Origin: Desulfocapsa sulfexigens DSM 10523
GTDB taxonomy: Bacteria > Desulfobacterota > Desulfobulbia > Desulfobulbales > Desulfocapsaceae
Assembly (NCBI RefSeq): GCF_000341395.1
Contig: NC_020304.1
Span: 1,260,001 to 1,292,000, forward strand
Reading direction: 5' to 3'
DNA length: 32,000 nucleotides
Shown: in pieces, positions 1 to 8,229 of the stretch
How the letters are laid out: the number at the start of each line of letters is the position of its first letter
How positions within the stretch are numbered: the first letter of the stretch is position 1
Notes under the pieces: generated by a model
Told to the model about the DNA's origin: nothing
What the model saw: the letters and a program-made list of their open reading frames with translations, nothing else
The model's database searches: none
Translations under genes and position numbers: made by a program

Positions 1-2
1 CT

Positions 3-479
3 GAACGATTGGATTTCCTGGTTCAGGAATGTATCACCAGGCAGCAGCATGTTGCTGCTGAACGAAACATTACAATCGAAATGTCCCTTAAAGGGGTGCT
101 CTCTCCAGTTTTCTTTGACCACTTGCGAATGGAACAGGTTATTTCCAATATCCTGTCCAACAGTATCAAGTTTTCTCCTGCGGATAGGCGGATAATAGTG
201 TGTGTCAACCAGGACATTCAGGACATTACTGTGGAGATTTGTGATCGTGGTAAGGGGATAGATGAGGAAGAAATAGCTAATATTTTTGATCGTTATTATA
301 TGGGGCGCACCAATTTTGATGTACGTCCAGAAGGTTCCGGTCTTGGACTTTATATTGTTAAAAATATAATCAATCTCCATGGTGGGGAAGTTTTTGCCAG
401 AAACCGAAAAAGAGGTGGCAGTTGTTTTACTGTACGTATCCCTGTAAAAGCAAATGAATCAGTAATGGATAAGCAATGA
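3..479 (+). CDS. Sensor histidine kinase, C-terminal HATPase part (5' truncated by window edge)
   Basis: Open frame runs to the window edge; N-box-like VISNILSNSIKFSP, DRGKGIDEEEIANIFDRYY, GLGLYIVKNIINLHGG. Stop overlaps the next ATG (ATGA). Confidence 0.9.
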   Translation, partial: ERLDFLVQECITRQQHVAAERNITIEMSLKGVLSPVFFDHLRMEQVISNILSNSIKFSPADRRIIVCVNQDIQDITVEICDRGKGIDEEEIANIFDRYYMGRTNFDVRPEGSGLGLYIVKNIINLHGGEVFARNRKRGGSCFTVRIPVKANESVMDKQ

Positions 480-1390
480 GTAACCAAAATATTTTGATTA
501 TAGATGATGATCAGGCCCAGCACGAAATTTTAGGGGAACATCTTGAACTGGCGGGGTTTTCCCCCCTTCATGCAGGGTGCAGTAAGGAGGGCTTTGAGGT
601 TTTGAAAAAGCAGGATGTTGCCCTGATCCTTCTTGACATCAATATGCCCGAGATAGATGGATTTCAAACCATTAAAGTCCTGCGGACACATCCTCGAAGT
701 GTTGATATTCCAGTACTTTTTCTCACCAGCCTTGACCGCCAGTATCTCAAAATCAAGGGACTTGAACTTGGAGCTGATGATTATGTGACAAAGCCCTATA
801 ACGGTGCGGAACTCATGGCCAGGATTAAGGCAATTCTTCGTAGGAAAGGGAAACATCCTGCTGGGAACAAAGCTGCCCTCAGCGGCGATATCAAGGAAAT
901 CGGACTAGGCGACCTCCTGCAAAATATTGATGGTTCACAAAAGAATGGAATAATAACATTTACTGAAATGGATGGAGAACTTGTACTTGTTGATGGGAGT
1001 ATTGTTTCTGCAAAACAGGGGAGCAGCCGGGGAATGGAAGCACTGCTTCGTTTAATGCTCTTGGAACAGGGACATTTTATGGTTTCTTATCAGGATATTC
1101 CAGATACAAAAACGGATCAGACTATCCCTGTTATGAAAGCACTTCTGGATGGTGTTTATGAGGTGGATCAAATTCGAATGGCAGTTGAAGAGACCACTCA
1201 GCAGAAAGATCCATTTCTGGAGTTAACCGGGAATTTAAGTGCCCAAAATTATAGAATTGATAGATTTAAGGCAAAATTTCCTTGTCGTTTTATTGATCTG
1301 GTAACGACCATGGATGGGGCACTGCGAAACAATGTTGAGACGGTACTCAATGCTATTCGAAGCAATGCCGTAGTTTGCCTTAAAAAATAG
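476..1390 (+). CDS. Response regulator with N-terminal receiver and C-terminal DUF4388/PATAN-like domain
   Basis: ILIIDDDQAQHEI, LILLDINMPEIDGF and DDYVTKPYNGAEL receiver motifs; C-terminus GDIKEIGLGDLLQNIDGSQKNGIITF resembles DUF4388. ATGA overlap with the upstream kinase. Confidence 0.85.
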   Translation: MSNQNILIIDDDQAQHEILGEHLELAGFSPLHAGCSKEGFEVLKKQDVALILLDINMPEIDGFQTIKVLRTHPRSVDIPVLFLTSLDRQYLKIKGLELGADDYVTKPYNGAELMARIKAILRRKGKHPAGNKAALSGDIKEIGLGDLLQNIDGSQKNGIITFTEMDGELVLVDGSIVSAKQGSSRGMEALLRLMLLEQGHFMVSYQDIPDTKTDQTIPVMKALLDGVYEVDQIRMAVEETTQQKDPFLELTGNLSAQNYRIDRFKAKFPCRFIDLVTTMDGALRNNVETVLNAIRSNAVVCLKK

Positions 1391-1581
1391 CCTGGCCCTT
1401 GGTTGTTTCCTTTCACCGTGGAGGTTTGCAGAGTGCTGCGAAGAAGGGTTGCTTTTTGTATAAAAACTTGATTTGCCTTGACCCCTGGTCTTATGAAAAG
1501 GTAATAATGAGTAAATTAAAAAGAATCGTCTCGTCGTTCAGGGGCGAAGGCAATACTAAAAGATAGAAGAAGTGAGAGAAT

Positions 1582-1932
1582 ATGCTGTCTAACCGTTCTG
1601 TTTGGAAGTGTTTTGTGAAATTGGGAGTTCTACTGGTGCTGGGTTCCCTGGCCGCTTGTAGCCAAAAAATGTATGGAGTTGTGAAGGTTGAGACGATTCC
1701 TCCTGGAGCAGAAGTTATTAATCTGAAGGATGACACCCATCTCGGGATGACACCGCTTCTGGTAACCTGGGAGAGCGATAACGATGAGGCCAAGCATGCC
1801 ACCGTGGAATTGCGAAAGGCTGGATATATAGAAGAAATAACGTCTTTTTGGGTCACAATGCGTCATACTACAAAGGCAGACGCTATTCAGGAGCCGCAGC
1901 CCGTCACAGTTGAACTGAAAAAGAGGGACTAA
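1582..1932 (+). CDS. Small PEGA-domain-like lipoprotein
   Basis: Signal peptide plus lipobox LAAC; VKVETIPPGAEVINL...GMTPLLVTW resembles the PEGA core. Confidence 0.75.
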   Translation: MLSNRSVWKCFVKLGVLLVLGSLAACSQKMYGVVKVETIPPGAEVINLKDDTHLGMTPLLVTWESDNDEAKHATVELRKAGYIEEITSFWVTMRHTTKADAIQEPQPVTVELKKRD

Positions 1933-1938
1933 TACGAG

Positions 1939-2328
1939 ATGTGTGGGGAAAAAAAGAGTATTTTCAGGGTGTGTTTTCTGGTCAGTATTATAACTGCAAG
2001 TGTCCTGCTGGCCGGCTGTTCAAGTCAGAAAACTGTTCATTTCAAAATTAATTCCGTTCCCAAGGGGGCTCATGTCCTCTATCAGGTAATTGGTGAGGAT
2101 ATCCCCTGTCATGGACAATGGGTGTATCTTGGCAATACTCCTGTGCAAGGTGTACGTCAGTTTGATGAGGATCAGTTAGTGAGTGCGGAAAAAATCACCC
2201 TAAAAATTATGCATAATGGCTATCATGAGCAGGTAAAAGAATGGGATGGGCCGGGCTTGTGGCAAGAAGTTGAGGAGCGGGATGTTATTTTTTGGACCCC
2301 GGAACTGATTGCATCTGAAAAAGAGTGA
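1939..2328 (+). CDS. Small PEGA-like lipoprotein, probable divergent relative of the upstream gene
   Basis: Lipobox LLAGC; FKINSVPKGAHVLYQ...LGNTPVQGV; 6-nt gap from the preceding gene. Confidence 0.75.
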   Translation: MCGEKKSIFRVCFLVSIITASVLLAGCSSQKTVHFKINSVPKGAHVLYQVIGEDIPCHGQWVYLGNTPVQGVRQFDEDQLVSAEKITLKIMHNGYHEQVKEWDGPGLWQEVEERDVIFWTPELIASEKE

Positions 2329-2340
2329 TCATCCCCACTC

Positions 2341-2378
2341 TCACAGAGCGTTGAGAGAATGAGATCATCGCTCCGTGA
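2341..2378. repeat. Inverted repeat between convergent genes, possible terminator without a clear U tract
   Basis: TCACAGAGCG (2341-2350) pairs with CGCTCCGTGA (2369-2378), one mismatch. Confidence 0.3.
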
Positions 2379-2402
2379 GTATATAGCAGAAAGAAAGTAT
2401 TC

Positions 2403-2753
2403 TCAAAAATTAAAGACCCTGGCCGTGGCGGCCATATCTATCAGGTTGCCTCCTGTATCCAGATTCATGTTGGAGAGGAATGTTTCTTCATTCAGATTTC
2501 TCCCTTGAGCGCATGGGGTGCAAACACCAGTGCTTACGCTCTTCTCTTCAAGGTAGGGGAGGTAATCTGCCACACAATCGCCTGTGGTGGTTTTGATCGT
2601 ACCATTTTTTCCCTTTACGGCCCATTCAACTCCATTGTCCACCAGAAAAATGTTGACCTTGTGTCCTTTGTCGTGGGCGATTTTGGAAAACTGGAAGCAT
2701 CGGGTTGCCTTTTCATTGTCGTCGGTGTGTAAAACAAAAAGAAATTCAGCCAT
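2403..2753 (-). CDS. DsrE/DsrF-like family protein
   Basis: MAEFLFVLHTDDNEKATRCFQFSKIAHDKGHKVNIFLVDNGVEW...GVCTPCAQGR; AGGAGG upstream of the ATG at 2753, so the annotated ORF start at 2906 is too long. Confidence 0.8.
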   Translation of the reverse strand: MAEFLFVLHTDDNEKATRCFQFSKIAHDKGHKVNIFLVDNGVEWAVKGKNGTIKTTTGDCVADYLPYLEEKSVSTGVCTPCAQGRNLNEETFLSNMNLDTGGNLIDMAATARVFNF

Positions 2754-2871
2754 TTGGTTATCCTCCTGATGATATAAATTGTGGAAAGAATCTACACGTA
2801 ACGCACCGTTCTTTTGAACATATGTCCAAAAGAAACGCAAGGAAGTTTTTAAATTTAAATAGGGATTTATC

Positions 2872-3090
2872 ATGTATCTTCCAGCATTAGCCAGAGATCT
2901 GTACAAGAGTCAAAAGGTTGTTGAAAAGATTGAACAGCAGCTACGGAAAGCACCAGATATGGAACTACAGAGTCAGTTGAAAGATGCGTTGCGTCAGGCA
3001 AAGGCTGAGCTTGCACAGCTTCAGAAGCTGATGGAGGGGAGTAAAGAGCGGTCAAAGGCCTCTTTGAATAAGCCGAAATATCGTTTTTAA
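2872..3090 (+). CDS. Small coiled-coil-like hypothetical protein
   Basis: 72-aa ORF, strongly helical and charged composition, no competing frame; ribosome site weak. Confidence 0.45.
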   Translation: MYLPALARDLYKSQKVVEKIEQQLRKAPDMELQSQLKDALRQAKAELAQLQKLMEGSKERSKASLNKPKYRF

Positions 3091-3179
3091 TCTCTTCTGG
3101 GTGAGCAATTGAGTAAGATGTGGAGACATAGGTTCAGAGGATTAGCCCGGATTTCTCATCAGTTCATGAGAAATCCGGC

Positions 3180-3545
3180 TTAGGAGGCATCCACCAGAGT
3201 AATAATATCTTTTTTGTTCGGTATTAAACAGAGAAAAATATAGTCTTCATCTGCGGAGGCTTTGTACCAGTGAGGGACACCCGCGGGGATCAGCAGCACA
3301 TCATCTTGTTTTGCCTGATACATTTTGTCACCAATGCCAACTTCTGCTGAGCCAGAGAGCACATACTGTTCGTGCTCTACTGAATTGGTGTGATTGGGCA
3401 TGGAGCCACCAGCCTTAATGGTAATTCTGCGCATAATGAAATTATCAGCAGCAGAGGGTGGAATAAGCACCTGCATGGAAGTATTTTTTGCTGCGCCAAT
3501 GGGAGTTGCCTCAACCTCTGAGGCCGGTGTGATTAGAGGTAACAT
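3180..3545 (-). CDS. Cupin-domain protein
   Basis: GGSMPNHTNSVEHEQYVLSGSAEVGIGDKMYQAKQDDVLLIPAGVPHWY cupin metal-binding motifs. Confidence 0.85.
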   Translation of the reverse strand: MLPLITPASEVEATPIGAAKNTSMQVLIPPSAADNFIMRRITIKAGGSMPNHTNSVEHEQYVLSGSAEVGIGDKMYQAKQDDVLLIPAGVPHWYKASADEDYIFLCLIPNKKDIITLVDAS

Positions 3546-3551
3546 AATTGG

Positions 3552-5492
3552 TTATTTTTTTTCGTTGAAGTTAAAACGAAAAGAGAAGGTCTCTCCTTCC
3601 GATTCAAATTTGATCACATATGGAGAAGTTTTCAAGAGATGGAGCATCGAGTCATTCATGCGCAACACCTCACCCATGAATCCATTAATCCGTTTCTCCT
3701 TGGCTATATCTATCAATTTGTTCAGCATGTGTCTACTGAAGCCTTGGTTTCTATATCCTTTTGCTACAGTAAATGCAACTTCTGCCATGTTGATAGAACG
3801 ATTGAGGAAGTATGAGCCGATGGATACGATTTTCTGCTTATCCTCATCTCCAATGATGCCAACTATGGCGAAGATAGATTCATAATCCACATTGACTGCT
3901 GTTTGGGTTTCCTGGTGGGAGAAAGTGCTTTTAGGCGAAAAAAATCTGAAACGTCTGTCCTCCGGGTCAAGCTCATAGTAGAGTTCCTGCAACATACGTT
4001 CATCTGTGTTTTTTACCGGACGAAAAAAAATGTGCTCATTGTCTGGTGTGGTATAACTCCACTCGTATTCCTCCGGATAGAGAATAACCACTCCATCCTG
4101 AGTCAGGGGAAGCATTTGATCCTGATAGATGAAATGGAGTTTTTGGGCCTGCTCCAGGAGTTCTTTTCTGAATTTGGGATGAGCGATGCCTATCATCTGT
4201 AAAACCCGATTACGGATGGATTTACCATGGAGAAAAGCAACACCCCACTCCGTAATAACGTAGTGTACTTCACTCCTGGGGATAACAACCCCTGCACCGG
4301 CGTCCAGAGTTACCACAATTCGTGACGTTTGACCGTCGGCGGTGATACTGGGGAGACAGATGATCGGTTTACCACCTTCAGAAAGTGCGGCTCCTCGGGA
4401 AAAATCGAGTTGGCCTCCGACGCCACTGTATATTTCTGCTCCAATACTGTCGGAGTTAACCTGGCCAGTAACTGAAACAGACAGAGCTGCATTAATGGAG
4501 AGTTGTTTCGTATTTTTGGCAATATTAAAGATGTTATTGATTGTCTCGGTGGACTGGAATTCTATGAAGGGATTTTCGTTCACATAGTCATAGAGTCGAC
4601 GTGTGCCCATGGCAAAAGAGGTGAGGATGTGGGGACGGTAGCTTTTACGGCAGTTAATCACCCCGGATTCAACCAAATCAATTACAGAGTCTGATATAAC
4701 CTCACTATACACTGACAGATCCTTCTTGTCGGTGAGATGCATTAATACCGCATTGGGAATACTTCCGATACCAAACTGTAGAGTTGAACCATTTTCTATG
4801 ATTCTTGCACAGTACTTCCCGATCTTTTTTGTGAGTTCATCGGGCTCGGGATATCGAAACTCCAAAAGATCTGTCTCTTCATAGACAAAGTGGTCAATAT
4901 CGTCGAAACGAACAAAGGAGTCACCACTGGTCCTTGGCATTCCCGGATTGATCTGGGCAATGACAATTTTTGAGTGTTCAAATACGGTTCGATTAATATC
5001 AACATTTATACCAAGAGAGCAAAATCCGTGCTTGTCAGGAGGAGAGAGCTGAAGGAGTGCCACGTCAATTCGGAGCCGTCCAGATTGGATGAGTAGGGGG
5101 ATATCAGACAGAGAAATGGGGATATAGTCTGCTTTGCCTTCGTTGACTGCCCTGCGGATCGAACTTCCGACAAAGAGGGCTTGATGTCTGTAAAGTGAAG
5201 GCTCCTGATCATCAAAAAACTTGTTATCAGACAGGGTGAGAAAATGGACAATCTCGCAATCATTAAAGCGATGCTTGTTTTTAGCTAATTGTTCCGTTAG
5301 TCTAACTGGTTCACTGCAGCCGGTTCCTATAAAAATCCGTGACCCGGCTTCTATGAACTGATGGAGATTTTCTGCCTTGATTTCAAGGTTTTTCTTTTGC
5401 TCACGCCAATCTTGCATATGGATTGTCCTCCAATGAGAGGGTATTGAAGATTGCTTAGTCTCCAAGTTGTGTCTTTTGGTCTGTTTCACCAC
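3552..5492 (-). CDS. Acetyl-CoA hydrolase/transferase family protein with C-terminal GNAT acetyltransferase domain
   Basis: SGVGGQLDFSRGAALSEGGKPIICLPS and VHYVITEWGVAFLHGKSIRNR CoA-transferase motifs; C-terminal AFTVAKGYRNQGFSRHMLNKLIDIAKEKRINGF GNAT-like segment. Confidence 0.88.
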   Translation of the reverse strand: MVKQTKRHNLETKQSSIPSHWRTIHMQDWREQKKNLEIKAENLHQFIEAGSRIFIGTGCSEPVRLTEQLAKNKHRFNDCEIVHFLTLSDNKFFDDQEPSLYRHQALFVGSSIRRAVNEGKADYIPISLSDIPLLIQSGRLRIDVALLQLSPPDKHGFCSLGINVDINRTVFEHSKIVIAQINPGMPRTSGDSFVRFDDIDHFVYEETDLLEFRYPEPDELTKKIGKYCARIIENGSTLQFGIGSIPNAVLMHLTDKKDLSVYSEVISDSVIDLVESGVINCRKSYRPHILTSFAMGTRRLYDYVNENPFIEFQSTETINNIFNIAKNTKQLSINAALSVSVTGQVNSDSIGAEIYSGVGGQLDFSRGAALSEGGKPIICLPSITADGQTSRIVVTLDAGAGVVIPRSEVHYVITEWGVAFLHGKSIRNRVLQMIGIAHPKFRKELLEQAQKLHFIYQDQMLPLTQDGVVILYPEEYEWSYTTPDNEHIFFRPVKNTDERMLQELYYELDPEDRRFRFFSPKSTFSHQETQTAVNVDYESIFAIVGIIGDEDKQKIVSIGSYFLNRSINMAEVAFTVAKGYRNQGFSRHMLNKLIDIAKEKRINGFMGEVLRMNDSMLHLLKTSPYVIKFESEGETFSFRFNFNEKK

Positions 5493-5544
5493 AAAAATTA
5501 ACCTGATTATTATTGAAACTCAGCTTTGCAACCCGGAGTTGTTC

Positions 5545-5631
5545 CGTGTCGATTATATGGGACGCCATAAAACCATCCCCGGTGGCTCTGCTGCGGCCGT
5601 CCAGGCCGAAGATGCCCATATAATCAACACG
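5545..5631. other. Large near-perfect stem enclosing a GC-rich structured loop (candidate cis-RNA or DNA element)
   Basis: CGTGTcGATTATATGGG (5545-5561) is complementary to CCCATATAATCaACACG (5615-5631), 16 of 17 bp; inner hairpin CGGCC-GTCCA-GGCCG. Confidence 0.5.
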
Positions 5632-5666
5632 AAAAAACTCCTCCTCAGGCGGGTAGGCTGAGGAGG
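5632..5666 (-). terminator. Rho-independent-terminator-like hairpin on the minus strand
   Basis: Minus strand reads CCTCCTCAG-cctacccgc-CTGAGGAGG-AGTTTTTT: 9-bp GC-rich stem then a T tract. Confidence 0.55.
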
Positions 5667-6201
5667 GGTGGTAATTGGTAAAATTAATAAAAAATAGTTG
5701 ATCTTTATTACGGAGGATATCAGATTTGCCTCAATTTTACATCCGCTTTGTTGTTGCCCAGTTGTAGAGAAAGGAAAAATTTTAGTCTGTTGGGTATGGC
5801 CAAAGGACAGGTGAAACCAATAGAGTTGGAGAAAATTTTCCTGATCAGGAAATATTCCAAAGAACAGTCAAGGCTTCCGCCAAGCCTCCTAACCAGATGT
5901 ACCAGAGAGCATTTTTATTGTTGCACCCTGATTGTGATCTTACCACAAAAAAGCGTCCTCAAATGTGAATTGCTTTTCTATTATGCTCCTTCAGTCTTTG
6001 GTTTTTATAGTATATCATTGAACTTGCAAAAAATATTTTTGTTGTTATTGGGTGATGAAAACGTTAATCATGTCCACCTCCTGCTAGAAAGATCCTATTA
6101 TCATTTTTTGTCTTGTCTTTCGAGCATGACCATTACTAATGGTAGGTATTTGTTGTAGAAAATAGTTAGGATGTAAGTAAAAATGTACAGCTTTAGTAGA
6201 G

Positions 6202-7347
6202 ATGAAAATATTGCAGAAAAAAAATAATATCAGTTTTTACAGAAAACTGAAGACGAGTCTGGCTTTGATGGGGATTATTCCCTTTCTTCTGGCTGTCTAC
6301 CTTTTTACGCGCCGAACAGAATTAAGTAGTACATTGGTGATTTTCAGTGCTGCACTGGTCCTGATCAGCATACTCATGGGATTTACCATGTTGCGAAGGT
6401 CTTCGGATCAAATGCGGGCACTTGCAAGAAAGACTGCAATACTTGATTCCGGTGATATTCTGGAACCAGTCGATGTCAATGTTGAGGGGGAATTGTATGA
6501 TATTGCAGCAAATTTTAACTCGGTGGTTGAAAAGCTTAATCGCACAAACCGTGACATGCAGAGTCGAAGTTTTCAACTCCAGGAGTTTGCCAGTAATTTG
6601 TCTGAATCCTATGAACAGCTTGAAAAAGAGAACAGGTTACGTAATCAACTCTGTCGCTATGTCGGTAAGGATCTTGTCGACAAACTGATGGTGTCGAGAG
6701 ATGGTCAATTGTTAAAGAATGAAAGAAAAGATGTGACGATTCTTTTTGCTGATATTCGGTCATTCACCGCGTTGTCTGAGCACATGGAGCCTGAAGAGGT
6801 TGTTGCCATGCTCAATGAATATTTCTCAATAATGATTGAAATTATATTTAAGTATAACGGGATGCTTGATAAGTTCGTGGGAGATCAGATCATGGCCGTT
6901 TTCGGTCATATCTCCAATGAAAAAGATGGCGCAAGGTCAGCAGTGCGGGCAGCGCTTGATATGCAGAAAGCCACTGCAGCTCTGATGAAAGAACGCGCTG
7001 GAAGGGATCAGCCTGTATTCAAAATAGGTATAGGGATTAATACTGGAAGTGCAATCCTCGCCAGTGTGGGATCAGCAAACAGGAAAGATTATACTGTTAT
7101 TGGGGATACGGTTAACACTGCAGCGCGACTAGAGGCTCACGCTGCTGGCCGAGAGATAGTTCTTGGGGAGCGCACCTGTTATCATCTTCCTAAAAAATTA
7201 CCCCGTAGTGCAAGGCAGGAGTTGAAAATGAGAAATCGCTCGGGAGCTTTGGCCTGTTACACATTAGTTACCAGGGAAAACAAGGTAGTCATAAGACCCA
7301 AAACTGAAAAAAATCCTCTCATGACTTCTGTTCAGGCTGCCTGCTGA
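6202..7347 (+). CDS. Membrane-bound adenylate/guanylate cyclase, HAMP-like linker and class III catalytic domain
   Basis: Two hydrophobic segments; RKDVTILFADIRSFTALSE, NGMLDKFVGDQIMAVFG, YTVIGDTVNTAARLEAHA. Confidence 0.9.
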   Translation: MKILQKKNNISFYRKLKTSLALMGIIPFLLAVYLFTRRTELSSTLVIFSAALVLISILMGFTMLRRSSDQMRALARKTAILDSGDILEPVDVNVEGELYDIAANFNSVVEKLNRTNRDMQSRSFQLQEFASNLSESYEQLEKENRLRNQLCRYVGKDLVDKLMVSRDGQLLKNERKDVTILFADIRSFTALSEHMEPEEVVAMLNEYFSIMIEIIFKYNGMLDKFVGDQIMAVFGHISNEKDGARSAVRAALDMQKATAALMKERAGRDQPVFKIGIGINTGSAILASVGSANRKDYTVIGDTVNTAARLEAHAAGREIVLGERTCYHLPKKLPRSARQELKMRNRSGALACYTLVTRENKVVIRPKTEKNPLMTSVQAAC

Positions 7348-8120
7348 TTCCCCCCGCTGTTTTTTTCTATGGCTACAAAATTGAGCGTACTGTGTACGGT
7401 CATCAGAGGAAATATCATAGCTATGAAAAACAGGTTTAACACTGGAACCAGGCTGAGAAGTGCAGGAAAGATCCCCAGACGAAGTGATTGATTGTTGTGG
7501 TTTTTGATCCAGGAGATCTTCTGGCCAAGACTCCAGCGTCTACGGGAACTTGGATAGTCTACGAACATCAGAGCTGAGTAGTAGGTGTAGAGCAGCAATA
7601 CAAGGACCTGTCCCACTCCGGGGATGAAGTTAGCTATCAGTGCCGCAATGGTCACCAGTATTCCAAACAGTCCGATTTTAACCCCCTCCCAGAGATCAGT
7701 CAGAAGTCCTGTTATGTTCAGTGCCGCGTCCGGCTCAAAATTTTCGCCAGCATGTTTCTTTTCCGTTGCAGTGGACAGGAAAACATATCCCGGTGCGGAG
7801 AGACTGTAGGCAATAAGAAACGCGAGATAAAAAGCCACAATGCGACTGACGATGATAAAGCTCCAATACATCGCCTGCCAGCCAAGATATTTTGTCCATC
7901 CCCAAAGGCCAACGGCTTCTGGTTGAGCGAGAAAAAAGTTTCCAGTGAGGCCATCCACAAAATCGACGGTAAAAAGGTATCCTGCCCAGGTAAAGACCAT
8001 GGTGAGAATGACAAGAATGGCACTCCACCCCATCAGGCGTTTAGAGCGCAGGAGGAATGACAGGGAATAGGAGAGAGGAATCCATGTGGCTGCTGTTGTA
8101 TTATTTTTCATAGAAAACAT
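7332..8120 (-). CDS. EI24/CysZ-like multi-pass membrane protein
   Basis: LWEGVKIGLFGILVTIAALIANFIPGVGQVLVLLLYTYYSALMFVDYPSSRRRWSLGQK is typical of the EI24 family. Start set at MFSMKNN; the ORF start at 8375 would overlap radA. Confidence 0.75.
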   Translation of the reverse strand: MFSMKNNTTAATWIPLSYSLSFLLRSKRLMGWSAILVILTMVFTWAGYLFTVDFVDGLTGNFFLAQPEAVGLWGWTKYLGWQAMYWSFIIVSRIVAFYLAFLIAYSLSAPGYVFLSTATEKKHAGENFEPDAALNITGLLTDLWEGVKIGLFGILVTIAALIANFIPGVGQVLVLLLYTYYSALMFVDYPSSRRRWSLGQKISWIKNHNNQSLRLGIFPALLSLVPVLNLFFIAMIFPLMTVHSTLNFVAIEKNSGGNQQAA

Positions 8121-8229
8121 AATAGGACTTATGATGGCATGAGTAAAGGGGGATCTGTGCTTTTCTATATGGTGCAAGTATGCTAATGTTTTTGCCAGTA
8201 TAAAATCTTCCAGGACATAGAGAGTTGAG

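Noticed and set aside
1491-1866. Minus-strand ORFs opposite the first lipoprotein gene
   Set aside because: The plus strand has a signal peptide, lipobox and PEGA-like core; the opposite frames lack features.
2754-2906. N-terminal extension of the DsrE-like ORF
   Set aside because: A strong AGGAGG site precedes the internal ATG at 2753, and the extension overlaps the divergent gene at 2872.
3394-4694. Plus-strand ORFs 3394..3885, 3903..4202, 4342..4587, 4503..4694
   Set aside because: Antisense to the strongly supported cupin and CoA-transferase/GNAT genes.
5545-5631. Assignment of the stem element to c-di-GMP-I, TPP, cobalamin or fluoride riboswitches
   Set aside because: Characteristic conserved cores of these classes are not present on either strand by eye.
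5748-6158. 136-aa plus-strand ORF
   Set aside because: Low-complexity Leu/Phe/Cys-rich translation, no ribosome site, no recognisable family; likely chance ORF in non-coding DNA.
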